A DNA stretch of 64,000 nucleotides from Podarcis vaucheri (taxonomy: Eukaryota), in NCBI GenBank assembly GCA_965113315.1, contig OZ220369.1. The stretch is one strand, 5' to 3'. Positions 57,463 to 64,000 of this stretch are shown in pieces. Position numbers and translations under genes: made by a program. Below the pieces are notes generated by a model. The model searched no databases and had not been told where the DNA came from. It saw nothing but the letters and a program-made list of their open reading frames with translations. The first letter of the stretch is position 1. Each line of letters opens with the position of its first letter.

Positions 57463-57604
57463 TAATAATAATAATAATAATTCTTCATTATTTATACCCC
57501 GCCCATCTGGCTGGGTCTCTCCAGCCACCCTGGGCGGCTTCCAACAAAGTATTAAAATACAGAGTGGTCTGTTAAACATTAAAAGCTTCCCTAAACAGGG
57601 CTGC
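57463..57604 (-). mobile_element. Lizard L2-type LINE 3' end with (AAT)n tail
   Basis: (AAT)n followed by TTTATACCCCGCCCATCTGGCTGGG...CCAGCCACCCTGGGCGGCTTCCAAC...CCCTAAACAGGGCTGC, a common lacertid repeat end (family assignment recalled). Confidence 0.7.
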
Positions 57605-58689
57605 TAAAAATGGGAGAATAGCAGCCTTTCTGCCTCGTTCATGGGCTCTCTACATTTGGTTGGTCCAGCGGCAAGGAAATAGGATGCAGAGACTTGACAG
57701 GGCTTTGAATTCATCCAAAAAGGTTGCAGTTTTATATATTTAGTGCCTGCGGTCATTTGAGGATGTCAAAATATAGTCTTTCATGCACTGTTTGCTTACT
57801 CCACCATAGGAGCCTGGCTGTGACTTAACTGGTTTGCAGGAACAAAAGGAGTCTCATTTTTCATAAGTTTCATTTTTCATTAAAAACTCTGCATATGCTC
57901 ACACATGTATTTGTGAGGAGGGGCATTCCTGTGCATAACCTGTCGTAGGACCCAAGACCCAGAGTCCTGCTTGTTCTCCTGCATGCCATTCCTGAGCAGA
58001 GGGAGGAGCAGAGACCAAATTATATGTCTGGCTACAGCAGTGAAGACAGTGGCCTACTTTGCAGGACTGTTGTCACAGGGGGGTGAATATGAGTTGGTAA
58101 TGAATGGGCTTGCTTTTTACTTACAACTAAGGAACCACAAGCACTGGGAACTACCTTTAAGCCTGCTCTATAAAATCCTTGGATTTTTTTTTTTCATTTC
58201 ATGTGGCAGGTGTCTCTTTGGAACTTCTATAAGGAGCTTGTCTTCAGCCACAGAACCATTTCTTTCTTTCTTTCTCCCTGCTTCGCTACAACAGGTCTTA
58301 AATCTTTTTAAGTGTCAAGCAAAGATGAGCCTGTTCCCCTTATTAGCTCTCAGTCTTTACATGTCCATATAAATGAGAGCGCAGTTATGGGGTTCAGAAG
58401 TCCTCTCTGCGCCTGCTTTCGATGGGCTCCTGGTTATCTCCTGGGCATGTGCAGAGAGCCAGCAAATTCCACTCGCCTTTGGGCCTCGTGCCTTCTTCTC
58501 TGGCACGAGTCCTTCTATGCGTAAACCAGCTCATTGTTCTTAAGGATTAAAATATGTACAGTCTTCTATATACTCCTTCCCACCCGCTTTTTTAAACCAC
58601 CAGACCGGGTGAGATTCTGAGCTTGTTAAGATTGCTGCCCCTCACGAAGGAATCCCTGGTTGCTGGGGATTCGTTCCCCTTGGAACAGC

Positions 58690-59660
58690 GAGCGCTGGAG
58701 GTAAGTGAGAGTCACCGTCTCCTGAGCATGTACAAAATTCCCACGTGAACGAGGCTTTCTCAGGAGTGGGGGCGTGGCTGGCCGCGAGACAAGAGCGCAG
58801 TCGCCTGAAGGGGGGGGGGAATCACTTTTTCCCGCCAAAATAAGCTCGGTTCCTCCCCTTCCCCCTCCTCCCAGCCGCAAAAGCGCGCATGCGCCCTTCC
58901 CCCCTTGTTCAAAGCCGGGCTGCGTTTTTGTTTATTCGAAAAGGAAAAGGAGGGGGAAAGAAAACACAAACGGGAGTGGCGGCGCGGCGCACGCGCGTCT
59001 CGGAGGCGCCGGTTGGCCGCCGCCGCGCGTTCGAAAGGCGCTCGCCGCCGGCTATTGGTTGCTCCGGCCCGGTAGGCCCCGCCTCTTCCTGCCCACCGCC
59101 GAACCCCCAGCGTCCCCTCCGGTTCCGCCGCCGCCGCTTCTTGCTACCGTCGCTGAAGGGGCCGCCGCTGCCGCCGCTTTGTGCCTCGCTCACCGAAAAA
59201 GAGAGGGGTGTGAGGGGAGAGGAGGAGGCCCTGAAGCCGGTGAGTGGCGGGCGGGGAGAGGCGGGCGGGGTCAAAGGTCGCGCGTTGGGCCCGCGCTCCT
59301 ATTTGCATAACACTTTTTTTGTATCCGTGTGACGCTTTTGGCCTCGGGAGGCCTGCGCTGGTCTCGGTGCCGCGCGCCGGGCAGGGGGGCGGGGCGGCCC
59401 CGGTTCCCTGGAAGGCTCGTTCGGTGGGGCCTGGATGGCGGTGGCCGCGGCTGCTGCGCCAGCCCCTCTGTCCCGGAGGGGAGGAGTCGGGGCTCATGGC
59501 ACACCTTGGCAGCGACCCCCGGACTGGACCTACGGAGCAGCCCCTGCGCATCCTCCTCTTCGCTGCTGCTGCGCAGAGAGAAACGAGAGGCAGAAAGCGA
59601 CACACACCGACCCGCAGAGGTCCGTTTCCATGGCTGGCTAACTGACAGGCTGGCGCAGAA
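58690..59660 (+). promoter_or_regulatory. CpG-island promoter of the next + strand gene
   Basis: Very CpG/GC-rich. E-box CACGTG 58742, GC box 58769, E2F-type TTTTCCCGCCAAAA 58827-58840, NRF1 palindrome GCGCATGCGC 58885-58894 and variant at 58987, reverse CCAAT (ATTGG) 59054. Confidence 0.9.
59110..59239 (+). other. Putative non-coding first exon of the downstream gene (probably HP1BP3)
   Basis: GCC-rich leader ending in a strong donor CCG|GTGAGT at 59239/59240; start approximate. Identity rests only on the recalled amniote gene order EIF4G3-HP1BP3; no coding exon is in the window. Confidence 0.55.
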
Positions 59661-60199
59661 GACGGACTCCTCCAGCCTCTCTCCTCCTTGCTTACCTGCC
59701 TTAGGTGGCAGCTGAAGCACGTTCCCCACGCCCAAAGTTTGCTTGCCCCCACACGGAGCTACAATAATCCCCAGCATCCTTAGCAAATTGCAGCTCCCAG
59801 GAGCCTTTGAGCAGGGTGAGCTTTTCAATGTGCGTGCTGCGTATGCAGCCTCGCCAGTGCTTATATCGCACTTTACAAAAAAAGAGCTGGGTCCCCCTAG
59901 TTTGAAATGCTTGTCATTCCAAGGGAGCTGACAGCAGTGCCTTTTCAGGCTGCTGGGAGGAAAGGAGGGGGAGGCTCAGCAGTAGGCGGCGCCAGAGCCA
60001 ATGACAGAGGTAACTAAATTCTAGTTTTGTACCCATTCATCCCCCTGTTGAGTTCCACAAGGGCAACATTGAGACGACGGCGAGGAGGGAAAACTGATAG
60101 GCACAGCCATCCTACGGAGTTGGATGTAAGTAAGGAGGAAGTTGGGGACTGGCAGAGGACAGTGCTCCTTTTCTTCTAATGGACTTGCCTCCACTGGCA

Positions 60200-60308
60200 G
60201 CCAATGTGGTGCCCTGGACTGCAACTCCCAGCATTGACCCTGACCATTGGCCATGCTATCTGGTGGGAATTGGGGACCCCAGTGAGATCTGAAGGGCACC
60301 ACATTGGC
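60200..60308. mobile_element. hAT-like MITE (family B) with a perfect 16-bp inverted repeat
   Basis: GCCAATGTGGTGCCCT (60200-60215) / AGGGCACCACATTGGC (60293-60308); internal ACTGCAACTCCCA; related copies at ~60370-60640, 61830-61955, 55255-55350, 32420-32515. Confidence 0.7.
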
Positions 60309-61069
60309 AACTTCTGTATGAATGTAATCTAATATTAAATCCAGGGGGAACCTGGTGTTCTCCAAAGCTTTTTGACTACAACTTCCATCAGCCCCAGCCA
60401 GGATATTTGTATGCTGCTGGGGCTGCTGGGCATCTGAGGAAGGCATAATGCTGTACAGGAGAGACACAAGGAAAAGGGGAGGCAGCAGTAAATAGAGGAA
60501 GGGCAGCTGTTCTCTGTTTGGTCCAATAATGTGGATTCGGGGCAAGTCAGGGGCTTCAGAGATTGGTGGGTCCAGGATCCCTGATCATTGCTGATGGGTG
60601 TTGGAGTCCAACAACATCTGAAGGGCCTCCACACAGCCTATTGCCCTGGTTTACTTTCAGGGAGGGGGGAGAGCTAAGGGTCATGCCAGGAGGTGGGTGT
60701 TGAGGAAGACTTTGCAGGATGAACTAGAGCAGAGGTGATGGTGTGCAGGTGTGTGGTAAGGTGCTATGGGCATAAGGGGCAACAATGGAGGAATGATGGG
60801 AGTTACATAAAGGAGCAGTAGATCCGAGGGTGGTGAAGAGGAAACCTCAAGGATGATGGGCAAGACACAGAAGAATCTTGAAAACTTTTATCAGGTGGGG
60901 GTAGCAACTCCAGAATCACATTCTAGGTGTGGTTCTGTAGCTCCTTCCTCCTCCAGCCTACCACCTCCTGCTTTTGGGCTAATGGCTGAAGCAGGCAAGA
61001 GCTGCTTCTACCCCTCAAGTTTCTGGTAGAAAAGCTAAAATCTAGACTGCTGTACTTGGATCTTAATTA

Positions 61070-61240
61070 GGGAAGTGTCGTAGCACAGTAGAAGAGCATC
61101 TGCTTTGCAAGCAGAATATCCACGTTCAGTCCCTGACAGCATCTTTAGTGACGCTGCCTGAAACCCTGGAGAGCCATTGCTGCCAGTCTGTGTAGACAAC
61201 AGGGAGCTAGATGGACCCAGAGGCCTGGCTCCATATATAA
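61070..61240 (+). mobile_element. Same tRNA(Cys-like) SINE family
   Basis: GAGCATCTGCTTTGCAAGCAGAA...GAAACCCTGGAGAGCC...TGCCAGTCTGTGTAGACAA. Confidence 0.75.
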
Positions 61241-61829
61241 TTATTGTGGCGATTCCATTGTGGTCTCTGATCTCTGTCTCTTGCCTAGAGCAGAATCCAC
61301 AAGCAATGATTCCTTAAGGTTCCAGTGCAAAAAAAATTCATCTCGACCAGCCGCTTCATTTTGGATTCAGCAGGAAATACGCGCACAGAGGCATCCCTCC
61401 CCCACCCTGCAAGCAGTGTCAGAGATACCAGGAGGCCTGTCACAAGGAGGAAGAGGAGAAATGCTGTCCATGTGGACTATTTTAATCCAGCACAGAATTT
61501 CCAACTGAAGTTAGCTTGGGCCACAGGAAGGTGTGTTCCTGTAGGTGTGTTTCATCAGGAAAGTATAGAGTCGTGTTGATTTAGGCACTGACATTGTTCC
61601 TGGAAACGCTTTTAACCTCTTTTGAGAAATGTCAGAGTGTAGCATCTCAGTGGCTGAACTGCCAACTTGGATGCCCCAGTGCAAATTCTGCCTCTGCTAT
61701 GAGCTTGTTAGGCGGCCTTAAAGCAAGTCTCTCAACCTTATTGCACTCCCTAATCTACCACTGGGGGGGGCACAGCTATAAGGTCTGCAACAGCAGGTGA
61801 TTTATAAATGCAAAATAATGATTCCATCA

Positions 61830-61955
61830 GCTTTTCCCAACCTCTGGTGCCCTACAGGTGTTTTGATCTGCAGCTTCCATCGGCCCCCTGCCAGCACAGC
61901 TGTATGATGCTGGGGATGATGGGAGTTGTAGACCAATACAACTCTGGAGACTGGG
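61830..61955. mobile_element. hAT-like MITE (family B)
   Basis: CAACCTCTGGTGCCCTACAGGTGTTTTG...CTTCCATC...GATGATGGGAGTTGTAG. Confidence 0.65.
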
Positions 61956-62179
61956 ATACATGATCAGAGTATTGGGTAGGTGCTGAAAGTCTCCCAGAAC
62001 AATTGTAGTTTTGCCACCTAGTTTTAGTTTGAAATGTTGGCGTCATAAATCCCCTACATGACTTGTGATGTAAAAGCTTCTAGCTAAATCTGGGCCTTTG
62101 GAGTCTTCTGTACGATTCTCGTTTTTGCCTGTAAAAATGCATGTGGTTTGAAACGCACCTGCAGTGTGACCTTCCACAC

Positions 62180-62407
62180 AGGGAAGGCGCTCAGTCGCAC
62201 CCAGAGCTGTGTGAGACCTCTAGCACATACGGGGAACAACAGATCCTTTCCATGGCCTGAGGGTCTTGCTACCTGTGAGGTAGGTGAGGCTAAGAGAGAG
62301 TTAGGCAACTGTCCCTTGTTTGCCCAGGGAGCTTTGTGGCTGAGGGGAGATTTGCACCTGGACCTCCCTGATCCTAAACCAACACTCTAACCACCATACT
62401 ACACTGT
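62180..62407 (-). mobile_element. CORE/MIR-like tRNA SINE, antisense
   Basis: Reverse complement starts CAGTGTAGTATGGTGGTTAGAGTG...GGTGCAAATC (A/B boxes); contains the CCTGTGAGGTAGG core. Confidence 0.7.
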
Positions 62408-64000
62408 TGCTAGCATCTACTACAGCTTGACAAGATTAAAAAAGGTAGAAGAAAATCTTCTCATGCTGTGCTTAGGGGTTCCGGTGCAACAGCGGTTTTA
62501 ATCTCCCAGAGGGAAAACCCTGTTAGCAGCTTCCACGCTTTGAAATCAGCCTTGTGCAGAGACAGACAAAGCTTTGCAAGATTCAAACACGGTGGCTCTC
62601 TGGAGGGGCAGCTCTTTTTTTAAAAAAAGTGCATTAAAGCACCAGCAAAATCAAAGCCTAAGGAGTTCCTTTGGTCCCACAGAAATGTATGAAACCTGCT
62701 CCTGAACATCATGCTCACTTTTGGTATTCTTTAGAAAAGTAAAATCGGTGAGTGGGGACTTAAATTTGATTAAGCAAAGGTTTGAAATTTACGGGTTACA
62801 TGCTTTGGAATCTCAGCCTGAAGAAGAGTGTTTTGTAGGCAAAGACGGAGGGGGTGGCAGTTGCTAGCCTGGGTGGAGGGGTTACTACACTTCCTACCAG
62901 GAATAATGCACACATGTTGGCTGTCTGAGGCTATCTGGGTTGTTTTTTAAAATAAAAATTAAGGTTTTTTTCCTGGGTCTTTTGGAGGAGGGGAAGAAGG
63001 TCCGTTTTGCAAATCCATACACAGGACTATGCCAGCCAAGGGGACCTATGCCCTACAATGCCAGAGCTCAAAGAGGCAGAGGTGTCCCAGTGCCACCCAG
63101 ATCTCTCAGTCTCTCTCTCTAGTCTCTTCTGGCAGATGTAAACATTCAGAAAGATTGCAGGGCATTGTTCCCTTTGGGAGATAAATCTAGGGTGGTCTTC
63201 CTGCATTTGCCTCCCCCCCCCCCCGCCCCTGTATTCCCTGTCGCTCCATCAAGGCTCCTTCCCCCCCCCCCCTAGAGAGGGAGGACGTAAAACCTTTCTT
63301 GTTGGTGGGGCCTGAGGCCAGAAGGAATGTAGGGAATTTGCCCTGCGGTGGGCCCAGAACCTCACCATGCTGTTTTTCATTTCCTGCATTTTAACCTGAT
63401 GGGGTTTTTTTTTATTAAAGTTGCATGTCTTGCCCTCGTCCGACCCACATCCTTCCCACACCTCAAATAGGTTAGGGGGGAGGGGATAAGACTGATTTGT
63501 GCTCCAGGCAGTTTAATTATTTCCTCTCACCCCCCAAAAAAGTTGTAATTCTGAAAAATGAGGATTCCACCTACCCACTTTCAGCTCTATTACAGTGTAG
63601 TGGGGCTGAGAAGTTGTTTTCCCCTGAGTGTCACATTTCATCTGCTTCGAGAAACAGGATGGGAGGCTGAAACTCCAAATTTGTTTTCCCCCTGCCGTCC
63701 CCGCCATGGAGCTGTGTGGGTCTGTTGCTGCAACTTCTTGTTTGTTAGAGGGGGGGTGGCTGGTGGGATTGTTTTTAAAGGTAGCCCTCTGCTGCCTGGA
63801 AGTTTGTGACATTTAAAAATAAGCTGGTGAAGGTGAGGGCAATGAGCTGCTTTGCGGTAAAAATGGGTGGAAGCTGGTCGGCTGGGCTCTTCAGGCTGAC
63901 GAAAGCTGTGGGGTTGTCTTTAAACGTCCCACATGTAGAATAAGATCTTGGGGCTGGAGGGGGACGTTTCCACCCACAACATGCCAGCTGGTTGCATTCT

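Noticed and set aside
58774-59828. Several 120-200 aa ORFs on both strands
   Set aside because: Expected by-product of stop-codon scarcity in a CpG island; Arg/Pro/Gly/Ala low complexity.
1-64000. CRISPR arrays, operons, rRNA, or phage and defence systems
   Set aside because: Vertebrate intron-exon DNA; no regularly spaced repeats or prokaryotic gene organisation seen.

Overview
This is eukaryotic genomic DNA from a squamate reptile. The Sauria SINE, the lizard-type CR1 and L2 ends and the hAT-like MITEs point to a lacertid lizard. Positions ~440-52,030 (+ strand) hold the 3' ~52 kb of EIF4G3 (eukaryotic translation initiation factor 4 gamma 3, eIF4GII); the promoter and first exon(s) lie upstream of the window. 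I traced 34 GT-AG exons by hand, all with consistent phases. From the canonical AUG at 10787 the core exons give 1594 codons (PABP-binding site, eIF4E-binding YDREFLL motif, MIF4G, MA3 and W2 domains) before an assembly gap (N 51063-51200) hides the last codon(s) and the stop. Three frame-preserving cassette exons are visible: 36 nt ([12 protein letters not shown]), the 21-nt neuronal microexon (GGFRPIQ) and 111 nt. An open in-frame N-terminal extension and a spliced uORF whose stop overlaps the main AUG precede the canonical start. A CpG-island promoter with a non-coding first exon at ~58.6-59.7 kb starts the next + strand gene (probably HP1BP3, by synteny only). The rest is intronic or intergenic DNA with SINEs, CR1/L2 fragments, MITEs and microsatellites. 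Apart from ORFs overlapping EIF4G3 exons or the CR1 copy, the ORF track is noise. I found no wholly new multi-gene system; the most interesting signals are translational and splicing-control architecture in EIF4G3 and nested transposon insertions.
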